A stretch of DNA of 64,000 bases, taken from Candidatus Cloacimonadales bacterium (GTDB lineage: Bacteria > Cloacimonadota > Cloacimonadia > Cloacimonadales > JAIOQZ01). The position numbers and the translations under genes are program-made. Of this stretch, positions 1 through 8,960 are shown in pieces; positions within the stretch are counted from its first letter, which is position 1, and the number at the start of each line of letters is the position of its first letter. Under the pieces are notes generated by a model. It was given only the letters and a program-made list of their open reading frames with translations, did not search any database and was not told the DNA's origin. Where the stretch lies: positions 1,024,001 through 1,088,000 of the forward strand of contig OY771587.1 in assembly GCA_963674825.1 (NCBI GenBank), written 5' to 3'.

Positions 1-369
1 ACGCCGACGGTGCACTTCTCGCAGGCTGAAATCCTCATCGAGAAAGACGGCGTGGAGATGCATCACGAGACGGTTCTGAGCACATACGTTTTCATCGATG
101 GAAGCGAGCTGAGCGGCGTCGAGAACGGCGATGTAATCAACCTTTCGGTGACCCTCTACAGCAGTCTCAGCTCCAAGATCAAGAAGGTCGACCACACCTA
201 CGCGACCACGACCTCGCCGCTCGAGGAGCGGATCAAGGCCATCGAGACGCAACTCACCCTCGGCAACATCATCGACGCTTTCGCGCAGGACGAGGACGCC
301 TTGCAGGCGTTGGCCAACGTGCTACATTCCTCGAACACCCTTGCGCAGAAGGTCTCGGAGCTGATGTAG
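1..369 (+). CDS. Hypothetical phage-like protein (5' partial)
   Basis: Frame open from base 1 to TAG 367-369; next ORF starts 1 nt later. Confidence 0.7.
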   Translation, partial: TPTVHFSQAEILIEKDGVEMHHETVLSTYVFIDGSELSGVENGDVINLSVTLYSSLSSKIKKVDHTYATTTSPLEERIKAIETQLTLGNIIDAFAQDEDALQALANVLHSSNTLAQKVSELM

Positions 370-370
370 C

Positions 371-586
371 GTGAAGACCATTCGCCAGAACACCGTTTGG
401 GATCTGCTGAACCGCAAAACCAAGCCGACAGTCTCGACCGACCGCGATATCGCCTTCGTGAAACCGATCTATTCCACTGTCGACGAGAATCTGGTGCTCA
501 ATGGCGAGCAGTTTCCGCCTGACGCCAAGCCGGGACAGGTGTTCATACGCAACGGAAAACCCTACATATACAAGGAGCAGACATGA
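371..586 (+). CDS. Small phage-like protein
   Basis: 71 aa, GTG start; C-terminal PPDAKPGQVFIRNGKPYIY resembles phage tail-protein motifs; ATGA overlap with next ORF. Confidence 0.65.
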   Translation: MKTIRQNTVWDLLNRKTKPTVSTDRDIAFVKPIYSTVDENLVLNGEQFPPDAKPGQVFIRNGKPYIYKEQT

Positions 587-741
587 CACAGACCGAACTC
601 TACCAAACCACCAAACTGGAGCTGACGCACGAATACGAGCGGCTCCAAAGGCTTATTCAGGAAACCCGCGAGAAGCTGCTCAAGACCGAGGGCGCGCTAC
701 TGCTACTCGGCCGGCTCGAACGTGAAGCGAAGGAGGCGTAA
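583..741 (+). CDS. Small coiled-coil protein, 52 aa (absent from ORF track)
   Basis: MTQTELYQTTKLELTHEYERLQRLIQETREKLLKTEGALLLLGRLEREAKEA; ATGA overlap upstream, TAATG overlap downstream. Confidence 0.7.
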   Translation: MTQTELYQTTKLELTHEYERLQRLIQETREKLLKTEGALLLLGRLEREAKEA

Positions 742-1217
742 TGGCTGGCACATGGCAGGAAATCCTCGACTCCGGGCAGCTCGGCGTCGCCAACGGCATC
801 GCGCAGCTCGACAAGTCCGGCAAGCTGATCACCGAGCAGATCCCGCAGATCGAACCGGGCAACATCACAGGCGTGCTCGAAGCGAGCCAGATCCCCGACC
901 TTGACGCATCCAAGATAACCACCGGCGTCTTCGTCGTGGATCGCGTACCAGACCTCGATGCAGCCAAAATCGCTACCGGCGCCCTCGCCACCGACCGCAT
1001 CCCGACCCTCGCCCAGAGCAAGATATCAGGGCTCAACACGGCCCTCGCGGCCAAGGTCGAGACACGCACCAAGATCAACGGTCACGCGCTGGAAGGTGAT
1101 ATCAAGCTCGAGACCACCGACATTATCGCGGAGGTTACTGAGCTGCCAGAAGAGGGTGTCATCGGTGAGGTCGTCGCATACGCCGGGAAGCTGTATGTCT
1201 GGAGTGGGGATAAGTAG
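741..1217 (+). CDS. Phage tail-fibre-like repeat protein
   Basis: AGGAGG RBS; GIAQLDKSGK motif, ~19-aa repeats (IPDLDASKITTG/VPDLDAAKIATG), KINGHALEGDI and GKLYVW motifs. Confidence 0.7.
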   Translation: MAGTWQEILDSGQLGVANGIAQLDKSGKLITEQIPQIEPGNITGVLEASQIPDLDASKITTGVFVVDRVPDLDAAKIATGALATDRIPTLAQSKISGLNTALAAKVETRTKINGHALEGDIKLETTDIIAEVTELPEEGVIGEVVAYAGKLYVWSGDK

Positions 1218-1235
1218 AATCGAAGGAAATCAACC

Positions 1236-1265
1236 GGCCTGCTCGACACGGGGCAGGCTTTTTTT
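1236..1265 (+). terminator. Intrinsic terminator
   Basis: GCCTGCTC/GGGCAGGC stem followed by T7. Confidence 0.75.
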
Positions 1266-1295
1266 CTGATCAAAAACACCCATATAGTGCCATTG

Positions 1296-1458
1296 GTTTG
1301 GCAGAATTTGCCAAACCCGTGTCACTTTTCTGCCAAACCCGTGGCATTTTTGCCAAACCGCTGTCACTTTTTGCCAAACTGGTGGCACGCTTGCCAAACC
1401 CGTGGCAGCGATTTGCCACGTTTTTGTCACTTTTTGCCAAATCGCGTGTCACTTCACA
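1296..1458. repeat. Array of seven ~21-bp repeats, TGCCA(AAC)..TG(G/T)CA
   Basis: TGCCA cores at 1309, 1331, 1351, 1372, 1392, 1414, 1435; an inverted copy GTTTGGCA precedes the first. Confidence 0.9.
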
Positions 1459-1611
1459 TCTGATCAGGCACGTAATGTGCAGCAAAACAAAAATATGTAT
1501 TGACACGATCCGATAAAACGGTTACACGTGTCACCGTAAATCTAATCGATTACATTTCTTGTTCCGCGATCCGGCTATCATTCTTGTTCCGTGCCTATAA
1601 AGGGAGGAACT

Positions 1612-3759
1612 ATGCGCTCTATCTTGTCTATCCTGATCGTGTCTTTAGCTATGATTTTATCGGCAGCAGCGGTTGATGAAGCGACTGCCATAAAAGCCGC
1701 CGAGAACTGGATCCAAATGCAAACCCATACTCGGATCGCCCCTCAAATTCATCCCGAAGCGCTGCAACAAGGTGTGTGGCTTTGCCGGATTGAGGAAGGC
1801 GGTTTCGTAGTGATCGCCGCTGACGACGCGGCCCGTCCTGTTATCGCCTGGAGCGAGTCAGGCGATTTCAATCCCGCGGAGAATCCCGCCGCGCAGCGCT
1901 GGCTCGAATCGATCGGTCGCCAGATGGCTGCAATCTCCGAACAAGCACCCATCAACAACCAGTGGGAAGTTCTACTCGGTAGTCATCCTGAATCTCTGCG
2001 TACCGACCGTGATGTCGAACCGCTTATCACCTCGCACTGGCGTCAGCAGTGGCCCTATAACGCACACTGCCCGGAAGATGTAAACGGACCGGGTGGACAT
2101 GTGGTCGTCGGGTGCTGTGCAACAGCCGCTGCGCAGTTTATGCGGTTCTGGCAACATCCAGAGCATGGTATTGGCTCGCACAGCTACGAGCATAATCTAT
2201 ATGGTACGATTTCAGCCGATTTCTCGGAAGCAACCTACCTCTGGGATGAGATGCCCGATACATTATCGGACTACAACGAAGAGGTTGCCGAGATATGCTT
2301 CCACGCAGGCGTGGCAATGGATATGGGGTATGGTTCCGATGGATCGGGAGCCTCGTTTGACGCTGTTTACTACGCGCTGACCGCGCACTTTTCCTACAAT
2401 CCGTCAGCACAATACCTCCCGCGTTACAGCTTTGAAGATGATGTCTGGGATGAAATGGTGCGTGAAGAGCTGGATCAACAGCGCCCGGTCTATTACGTAG
2501 CTTCAGAAGAGGACTTCACCGGTCATGCGTTTCTCATCGATGGATATGAAGGCTTGGATTTTTTCCATGTCAATTGGGGATGGGGAGGCAATTGTGACGG
2601 TTATTTCTACTTCTCCGACCTGGCTCCGGGAAGTCATGATTTCACTTACAATCAGAATGCCTTCTTCGACCTGTATCCTGTGGAACAAAACGGACTGACC
2701 GCACCTACGGATCTCGTGGCTGAAGTGGTGAACTCCGATGATATTCAACTGACCTGGACACCGCCGATAAACGATGAAGGCGAGTGGTATTCTTACACAG
2801 CGCAGATGTCGATGATCCATTTCAATGGACCCGAACGTGCGATTCTTTTCGACGATGCGGTCTTCGATTTCAGCTATCCCGCTACGATCCAGCAGATCCA
2901 GCATTCGTTCTACGATCATGTCCAGAATCCGTGGGGAGACAACGACCAGTTTATCGTGAAGATCTACAGCGCGGATTTCGAGACCGTCCTCTACGAATCG
3001 TCGCCACAAAGAGCATTGCGTTATCCTACGGTTACGACGCACATCCTCTCCTGGCCACTCACAGTGTACGACGACTTCTATGTCTCCATCCGGCCAGTTG
3101 ATGAAGTGACGTTCTGCCCATCCAGTACATCTGGTGATTGCGCCGGTGCCAGCCATAGCTGGTGGGGTGAATCGGGGAGCTGGGAACAGATCGATACCGA
3201 ATGGATGACCAGCGTTAACATCTGCATGACAGATACCGGCCAGCATTGTGTTTTGCGGTCCGGGCAACCGCGCAATCGTATGCTGCTCGGATATAATATC
3301 CGCCGTGACGGCGCAGTAATCAATCCTTTGTGGCTTGTCGATCCGGAGTATCTGGACGAAGATCTTCCTGCCGGTGAATATACCTACACAGTCACGGCCG
3401 TATATGACGAAGGAGAATCGAATCCTTCCAATCCGGTGACGGTTCAGGTGGGGCTTGCCAACAATGACGATGACATCAGCGCACCCGACTGCATTCTCAG
3501 CGTCTATCCCAATCCGTTTAATCCATCCACGACAATCGGCTATTCGCTCCCGGAAACCGGACACGTCGAGATTGGCGTTTACAATATCCGTGGCCAGCGG
3601 ATCCGTAAGCTGGTCGATGAGAAGATGCAGGCCGGTGAACATACGATTGTGTGGAACGGCACCGATGCATCCGGCAAGGCTATGGCCAGCGGTATCTACT
3701 TCCTGAAGATGGATACCGGACGCTATGTTGCGACAAAGAAGATGATTATGCTGAAGTAA
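1612..3759 (+). CDS. Secreted C10 (streptopain-like) cysteine peptidase with FN3-like and FlgD-Ig/T9SS-type C-terminal domains
   Basis: Signal peptide; VGCCATAAAQ, GHAFLIDGY, HVNWGWGG; PNPFNP...KKMIMLK tail; GGAGG RBS before ATG 1612. Confidence 0.9.
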   Translation: MRSILSILIVSLAMILSAAAVDEATAIKAAENWIQMQTHTRIAPQIHPEALQQGVWLCRIEEGGFVVIAADDAARPVIAWSESGDFNPAENPAAQRWLESIGRQMAAISEQAPINNQWEVLLGSHPESLRTDRDVEPLITSHWRQQWPYNAHCPEDVNGPGGHVVVGCCATAAAQFMRFWQHPEHGIGSHSYEHNLYGTISADFSEATYLWDEMPDTLSDYNEEVAEICFHAGVAMDMGYGSDGSGASFDAVYYALTAHFSYNPSAQYLPRYSFEDDVWDEMVREELDQQRPVYYVASEEDFTGHAFLIDGYEGLDFFHVNWGWGGNCDGYFYFSDLAPGSHDFTYNQNAFFDLYPVEQNGLTAPTDLVAEVVNSDDIQLTWTPPINDEGEWYSYTAQMSMIHFNGPERAILFDDAVFDFSYPATIQQIQHSFYDHVQNPWGDNDQFIVKIYSADFETVLYESSPQRALRYPTVTTHILSWPLTVYDDFYVSIRPVDEVTFCPSSTSGDCAGASHSWWGESGSWEQIDTEWMTSVNICMTDTGQHCVLRSGQPRNRMLLGYNIRRDGAVINPLWLVDPEYLDEDLPAGEYTYTVTAVYDEGESNPSNPVTVQVGLANNDDDISAPDCILSVYPNPFNPSTTIGYSLPETGHVEIGVYNIRGQRIRKLVDEKMQAGEHTIVWNGTDASGKAMASGIYFLKMDTGRYVATKKMIMLK

Positions 3760-3878
3760 TTTCGGCTTTTGCGAAGCAAAAACGAAATGGTCGAACGATG
3801 TGATTTTCGGCTCTCATGAAGTGAGAACGAAAACATGAGCGTTGTGATTTTCGGCTTTGACGCAGTCAAAACGAAAAC
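3760..3878. repeat. Three tandem hairpin repeats (44-45 bp period)
   Basis: TTTCGGC-[stem-GNA-stem]-ACGAAA at 3760, 3805, 3849 with different but self-complementary inner stems. Confidence 0.8.
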
Positions 3879-4028
3879 CATCTGCGCAGCGAATTCATGT
3901 TAGCGGAGGTATTTTCGACAATCTCTTTTCGCGAAGCGAAATAGCGAAAGTGGAATGATCATCTCAACAATGTAACGAAATAGGCCAGAAATTCATTTAC
4001 CTCTCAAAGAGCGGTTCTCGCTCCGGTA

Positions 4029-4078
4029 AATCCTCTCCTCACCCCCTCTTCATCACAAAGAGGGGGTTGGAGGGAATT
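4029..4078. repeat. Palindromic REP-like hairpin
   Basis: ACCCCCTCTT/AAGAGGGGGT inner stem with a looser outer stem. Confidence 0.55.
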
Positions 4079-4154
4079 AAATCATTTGACACCCTATCGC
4101 CCAAATCGAGACTATTACTATCAATGTTTTTCTACAAGATCGGAGCATTATAAA

Positions 4155-5183
4155 ATGATACTCGACAGTATTTTCTTTCAGTTCGCCACGCTGGCAATCG
4201 CGTTCGTGATTCTATTCAAGAGCGCGGATCTTTTCGTTGATAGCGCGGTGGGCATTTCTAACGACTTCGGAATCCCTCGAATTGTAGTGGGCATCATCAT
4301 CGTTGGATTCGCAACCACAGCCCCTGAAATAACCGTCTCGATCATTTCGGCAGCGAAAGGTAAAAGCGAATTCGCGCTGGGCAACGCTCTGGGATCGGTG
4401 ATCGTCGATGACGGCATCGCGCTCGGACTGGCAGCGATTCTCTCACCAGCAATGATCATGATCGACAAACGCACTCTCAAGACGACCGGCATCTTCCTCA
4501 TCTCCGTAATCCTGCTTGGTTATCTTCTCGGATTCAACGGAGTTTTCAATCGCGTTGAAGGACTGCTTTTCGTTCTGCTTCTCTGTGGGTACTGGTTTGC
4601 CATGGTAATGGCCGAACGCCGTCGCAAGAAACAGGGCATCGACATCTCGCATGACTTCCCGGAGATCTCCGGACATGATAAAAAGCCTCTACGCAATCAC
4701 GTTATCCAGCTCCTCATCGGTCTCGCCGGTGTAATCCTCGCCAGCCACCTCGTGGTGTGGTCCGCTGAAAAAATCGCCATATTTTTCCATGTCCCGGAGG
4801 TAATTATCGGACTGACCATCATCGCGATCGGTACATCTCTTCCCGAAATCAGCACAGCCATCATCGCGGCGCGCAAGGGCGAGGGTGAAATATCGGTGGG
4901 CAACATCCTTGGCGCGGATATCCTGAACATCCTCTGGATTATCGGTGTCTCTTCTATGGTTAATCCCATCGACGTTCGCGCAGACAAGGTTCATGTCGCG
5001 CTCTTCGGGCACGATTTCGGCGTTGTCGGGTCGGTCCACTTCTCTTTCGTCTGGGTTATCCTGATCGTCGCCGCTATGCTGATCTTCATGCGGACAGGAT
5101 ACAGGCTTCGCAAGCAGGAAGGTATCGCGCTCATCGCGATGTACCTGGTCTATCTGCTGATGAACTTCTCCATCTTTATCTGA
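4155..5183 (+). CDS. Calcium/sodium antiporter (YrbG family)
   Basis: Two alpha-repeats (GFATTAPE...GNALGS; GTSLPE...GNILGA); about 10 TM segments; GGAG before ATG 4155. Confidence 0.9.
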   Translation: MILDSIFFQFATLAIAFVILFKSADLFVDSAVGISNDFGIPRIVVGIIIVGFATTAPEITVSIISAAKGKSEFALGNALGSVIVDDGIALGLAAILSPAMIMIDKRTLKTTGIFLISVILLGYLLGFNGVFNRVEGLLFVLLLCGYWFAMVMAERRRKKQGIDISHDFPEISGHDKKPLRNHVIQLLIGLAGVILASHLVVWSAEKIAIFFHVPEVIIGLTIIAIGTSLPEISTAIIAARKGEGEISVGNILGADILNILWIIGVSSMVNPIDVRADKVHVALFGHDFGVVGSVHFSFVWVILIVAAMLIFMRTGYRLRKQEGIALIAMYLVYLLMNFSIFI

Positions 5184-5196
5184 TCAGAGAAACACC

Positions 5197-5802
5197 ATGC
5201 AACGTATGATCGACCTGCACGACGGTGAACTCGATGGGGAATTACTGCAAAAGCTGAACAACCGCAACCAGACCTTCCGTGACGTTCGCTTCATCGATTG
5301 CCGTTTCGAGGATTGCGATTTCACCGAAACAAGCTTCCTTGGCTGCCGGTTCATCGACTGCGTCTTCAGCAAGTGCGATTTTTCCATGGCACAACTCACC
5401 GGATCCAGTTTTCGCGACACCCTCTTCGAAGACTCTCGCCTCGACGGCATAGACTGGACACGCATCGCCAGAGCTCAGACTTCCTTCGCTGCGCCAATCT
5501 CCTTCAAGCGCTGTTCTCTCAGCCATTCCACCTTTATCGGACTGGAACTACCGGAATTGAACCTCATCGAATGCCGATGCATGAACAGCGATTTCCGCCA
5601 GGCGTCTCTGCCGCGTGGGAAATTCACAGGTACGGATTTTTCGGAAAGTATGTTCCATGGCACCAACCTTACACAAGCCGATTTTAAAGGTGCGCGCAAC
5701 TACCGGATCGATCCTTCCACGAACACGATTACGAAAGCGAAGTTTCAATTACCTGAGGCGATGGAGTTGCTGTACGCGATGGATATCGAGCTGATTGACT
5801 GA
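5197..5802 (+). CDS. Pentapeptide-repeat protein (Qnr/MfpA-like fold)
   Basis: Repeating CDFSM/ADFKG/TNLTQ pentapeptides. Confidence 0.9.
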   Translation: MQRMIDLHDGELDGELLQKLNNRNQTFRDVRFIDCRFEDCDFTETSFLGCRFIDCVFSKCDFSMAQLTGSSFRDTLFEDSRLDGIDWTRIARAQTSFAAPISFKRCSLSHSTFIGLELPELNLIECRCMNSDFRQASLPRGKFTGTDFSESMFHGTNLTQADFKGARNYRIDPSTNTITKAKFQLPEAMELLYAMDIELID

Positions 5803-5963
5803 TATTCTCTTTTGATTGAATTGAACTGAAGACCGCTGCCGGCTGAACTGGGGTGTTCTTCGAGAGGATTCGACTCGTGGAACCGGCAGCGGTTTGATCG
5901 AAGAACCTATCAAGCGATTGACCTTTATGACAAGGCTGCTTTTAAAACCCTGCGAACTATTTT

Positions 5964-5990
5964 AAAAAAGCCCCACGAAAAAGTGGGGCT
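5964..5990 (-). terminator. Intrinsic terminator of the cupin-M42 operon
   Basis: GCCCCAC/GTGGGGC stem, A6 on the left (U-run on the minus strand). Confidence 0.8.
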
Positions 5991-6018
5991 CTATTTAATA
6001 CTGTTTTGATGTAATAAG

Positions 6019-7077
6019 TTACGGTATCAGGTTCGTGTCGTCATGGATGTTGCGGATGAACTCGGCGATGAGCTTCACAGCTTCATCCAGGTCCTTGAGC
6101 GACACCATTTCGCTGTCGGAGTGCATATAGCGGCACGGAATGCTGATGAGCCCGGTCGCGACACCAGCACGGGTGAGCTGGATAATGTCGATATCGGTAC
6201 CGGTGTAGCTGGAAGCAGGCTCGAGCTGATACTTGACCTTCGCCTTGTCCGCGGCTTCCTTGAGAAGCTTATAGACGCGCGGGTTGATACTGCTGCCTAC
6301 CGCTATCACGGGGCCGTCGCCGATCTTCACTTCGCCCATCTTCTTCTTGTCCATGCCGGGCACGGTGGAATCGAAGGTAACATCCACCGCCAGGCCGATC
6401 TCGGGATCAATCCCGTACGCGCTGGTACGAGCGCCACGAAGGCCGGTCTCCTCCTGCACGGAAGCGACGCAGTAAAGATTGACATCGAGTTCTTCGCCTG
6501 CAAGCTCTTTCAGAACGCCAGCAGCGACATATACACCGGTGCGGTCATCGGTTGCCTTGGAAAGGATGGTGTTGTTCTTGAGCGCGGTGAAATTGGGCTC
6601 AAATGTCGCCACATCGCCAACGCTAACAAGCTTCTCGGCTTCTTTCTTCGTATTGACGCCGATCTCGATCCAATGCTGGTCGAGGCTCGGAATTTTTTCG
6701 CGGTCGCCACCCTTCTTGAAGAAGTAATGCGGACGACAGATCACGCCGTGTACTTTCTTGTCTTCATGCAGAATCACCACACGGCTCATGGGCAATACCG
6801 AAAGGTCCGGGCCACCCAGGCTCTGGAAGTAGATGCGTCCGTCATCATCGATGTAGGACACCATCAGGCCGATCTCGTCGGCGTGACCAGAGATAAGCAA
6901 TTTGCGCTTACCCTTGCCTTTGCGGAAGGCGATGCAGTTGCCGTTGACATCGATTTTCACATCGTCACAATACGGTTTGACGAATTCACTGTAGATTTTC
7001 TGGACCGGCTGTTCGTGTCCTGACGGAGCACAGGTATTGACCAGATCCTTGAAGAATTTCTTGTTTTCAGCGTTCAT
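6019..7077 (-). CDS. M42 family (TET) metallo-aminopeptidase
   Basis: PSGHE, GHADEIG, DDRTG, QEETG, GTD, RYMHS motifs. Confidence 0.92.
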   Translation of the reverse strand: MNAENKKFFKDLVNTCAPSGHEQPVQKIYSEFVKPYCDDVKIDVNGNCIAFRKGKGKRKLLISGHADEIGLMVSYIDDDGRIYFQSLGGPDLSVLPMSRVVILHEDKKVHGVICRPHYFFKKGGDREKIPSLDQHWIEIGVNTKKEAEKLVSVGDVATFEPNFTALKNNTILSKATDDRTGVYVAAGVLKELAGEELDVNLYCVASVQEETGLRGARTSAYGIDPEIGLAVDVTFDSTVPGMDKKKMGEVKIGDGPVIAVGSSINPRVYKLLKEAADKAKVKYQLEPASSYTGTDIDIIQLTRAGVATGLISIPCRYMHSDSEMVSLKDLDEAVKLIAEFIRNIHDDTNLIP

Positions 7078-7088
7078 AAAAAGTCCTT

Positions 7089-7490
7089 TTAGCAGTTGTT
7101 GGCTGTCCCCTGAGCAAAGGGATTCAGTGTCTTTTTCTTCGGTTGTTCCGGTTTTTGATGAGGAACCAGACAAAGGAAGCGCAGGATGCCTTCACCCGTG
7201 TTGCGGAACTGATGTTTCATGTAAGGATCGGCGTAAATTGCGTCCCAAGCCTTGAAGGGGATTTCCTTCTCCTCGGTTACGAACATACCTTCGCCTTCCA
7301 GAATAAACACTTCGTGTTCCCACGAGTGGCTGTGATACGGTGTGAACCCACCCGGCTGCACCTCGAACATGCGCATGGCGAAGTTGGGCGCGCCGTCTTT
7401 CTCCGCGATCATCCAGCGAATCTTCGTTGCCTTGGATCCCTCGATGTTGACGTCTTCCAGCGTGATTTTATCATAATGTGTCACTTTCAT
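7089..7490 (-). CDS. Cupin domain protein
   Basis: HSHSWEHE...HQF cupin motifs. Confidence 0.88.
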   Translation of the reverse strand: MKVTHYDKITLEDVNIEGSKATKIRWMIAEKDGAPNFAMRMFEVQPGGFTPYHSHSWEHEVFILEGEGMFVTEEKEIPFKAWDAIYADPYMKHQFRNTGEGILRFLCLVPHQKPEQPKKKTLNPFAQGTANNC

Positions 7491-7644
7491 TGTTCTGCTC
7501 CTTTTTATGTCCTTTTATTCATTATCATTTCAGATGCCTGTGGTGGCAAGTTTTTTTTCGCATTGCCTTTTTCCTTGACAATGAAAAGTGCTTAAGCATT
7601 GATTTTACAAACTTTCCTATAAATCGGTAATTCAAGGAAACATC

Positions 7645-8850
7645 ATGTATAAGAACGTGGACATTGTTATCGTTGGGGGTGGCCCTGCCGGATTATCCGC
7701 AGCGGAATACGCGGCAGGAGATGGACTTTGCGTCATCGTCCTTGAACGCAGCAAAGAAATCGGGTACCCCGTGCACACAAGCGGCGGTAGTTGGATCGAA
7801 GAGCTAGAAGCTCTCGGCATACCCGAAACGATGTACCACAAAATCTACGATGCGGAGTTCTGCTCGCCATCGAACGCCCACACCCTCCATTACGATGAGC
7901 CCGTAGTCTGCGTCATGGACGTTCGGGCAGTGTATCAACACCTCGCAATACGTGCATCATCCAAAGGTGTGGAGATATTCGTCGATGCAAGCGTTCGAGC
8001 ACCGATCGTGGAGAACGGGCAGATCGCTGGCGTTGCCGTCGATATCCACGGCGTCCGCAGCGAGATACGCGCGAAGATTGTCATCGATGCCAGTGGTGCG
8101 TCCTCGCTGATAGCACGCAAGATGGGTATCGTTCCGAAGTTCGATTCGTACGGCATCGGCGCTGAATACGAGCTTTATACTGAGACCTGGGATCAGAATA
8201 AGGTAACCTTCATGCTTGGCTCGGCCATCGCACCAGCCGGATATGGCTGGATTTTCCCCTGTGGCGAAAATCGGGTTCGAATCGGATCCGGCGTTATCTA
8301 TCCTAACATCAAGGAATCTCCTCTCAAGCTTCTCGACGCTTTCCTGGCAGACAACAACAATCGTCTCACCCGCCAGCTCATGCCGTTCAGCAGACTCGAG
8401 TTCCACCAGGGAATCGTGCCCAACATCGGCGTTGTGGAAACCAGCGTCAGCGACGGTTTGATCGTCGTGGGGGACGCCGCGTGCCAGGTTTCGGGTGTTG
8501 CCGGCGAAGGGATCCGCTACGCTATCGATATCGGACGAATGGCCGGAGCTACCGCGAAAAAGGCGGTTACTGGTAAGGATGTTTCACGCAAATCTTTGCA
8601 GGAATACGACCGGATGTGGCGCAAAAAGTACGAGAAGGTATTCAAATACGGCCACATGCTTAACGATAAATTCCGAGATTACAAAGATGCAGACTGGGAT
8701 CGAAGAGTCAGCGACCTTCCAAACATGGATGCCGTTGCCTTTGCGGATGTACTGCGCGGTAACCTGAAAACAACCGACATGATCAAGGCTGCCATGAAAA
8801 GCCCCAAGCTGATGATGAAAGGAATCACGAAGATCGTGCGCAAACTGTAG
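7645..8850 (+). CDS. Geranylgeranyl reductase family FAD oxidoreductase (DGGGPL reductase-like)
   Basis: GGGPAG FAD motif, PAGYGWIFP, VGDAA...GEGI. Confidence 0.85.
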   Translation: MYKNVDIVIVGGGPAGLSAAEYAAGDGLCVIVLERSKEIGYPVHTSGGSWIEELEALGIPETMYHKIYDAEFCSPSNAHTLHYDEPVVCVMDVRAVYQHLAIRASSKGVEIFVDASVRAPIVENGQIAGVAVDIHGVRSEIRAKIVIDASGASSLIARKMGIVPKFDSYGIGAEYELYTETWDQNKVTFMLGSAIAPAGYGWIFPCGENRVRIGSGVIYPNIKESPLKLLDAFLADNNNRLTRQLMPFSRLEFHQGIVPNIGVVETSVSDGLIVVGDAACQVSGVAGEGIRYAIDIGRMAGATAKKAVTGKDVSRKSLQEYDRMWRKKYEKVFKYGHMLNDKFRDYKDADWDRRVSDLPNMDAVAFADVLRGNLKTTDMIKAAMKSPKLMMKGITKIVRKL

Positions 8851-8960
8851 ATCGCTTCAGCAATCTTACCCCACTGAACGATCAGTATTTTATAACCTGC
8901 TTTGCATCAATACACCCTTTTTCCTTGACGTTCCGTTGCAATCCCATCACGCTACACGTG

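Larger units (their letters stand above)
1..1458 (+). mobile_element. Probable right end of a prophage, possibly Mu-like/transposable (partial; extends left of the window)
   Basis: Four tightly coupled small ORFs with phage tail-type motifs, a terminator, then a 21-bp periodic repeat array ending ...TGTCACTTCACA, after which host-type genes begin. Confidence 0.55.

Noticed and set aside
1296..1458. CRISPR array
   Set aside because: Period of 21 bp leaves no room for spacers; no cas genes
1265..1466. TCTGATCA on both sides of the array read as the target duplication of a MITE
   Set aside because: Left copy overlaps the terminator T-run and there are no terminal inverted repeats; may be chance
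1298..1516. ORFs over the 21-bp array (1298-1516 +, 1230-1430 -, 1270-1506 -)
   Set aside because: Repetitive peptides are a by-product of the DNA repeat; they follow a terminator and lack an RBS
2503..3642. Long antisense ORFs (also 6043-7023, 12465-13592, 13712-14563, 21055-21915, 35024-35950, 38009-38896)
   Set aside because: Shadow frames opposite well-supported genes, with no recognisable motifs
5197..5802. Acquired qnr resistance gene
   Set aside because: Pentapeptide fold alone is not diagnostic; chromosomal context without mobile-element features
5831..5894. tRNA, 6S or SRP RNA
   Set aside because: No cloverleaf or anticodon arm; too short for 6S; no SRP domain IV motif
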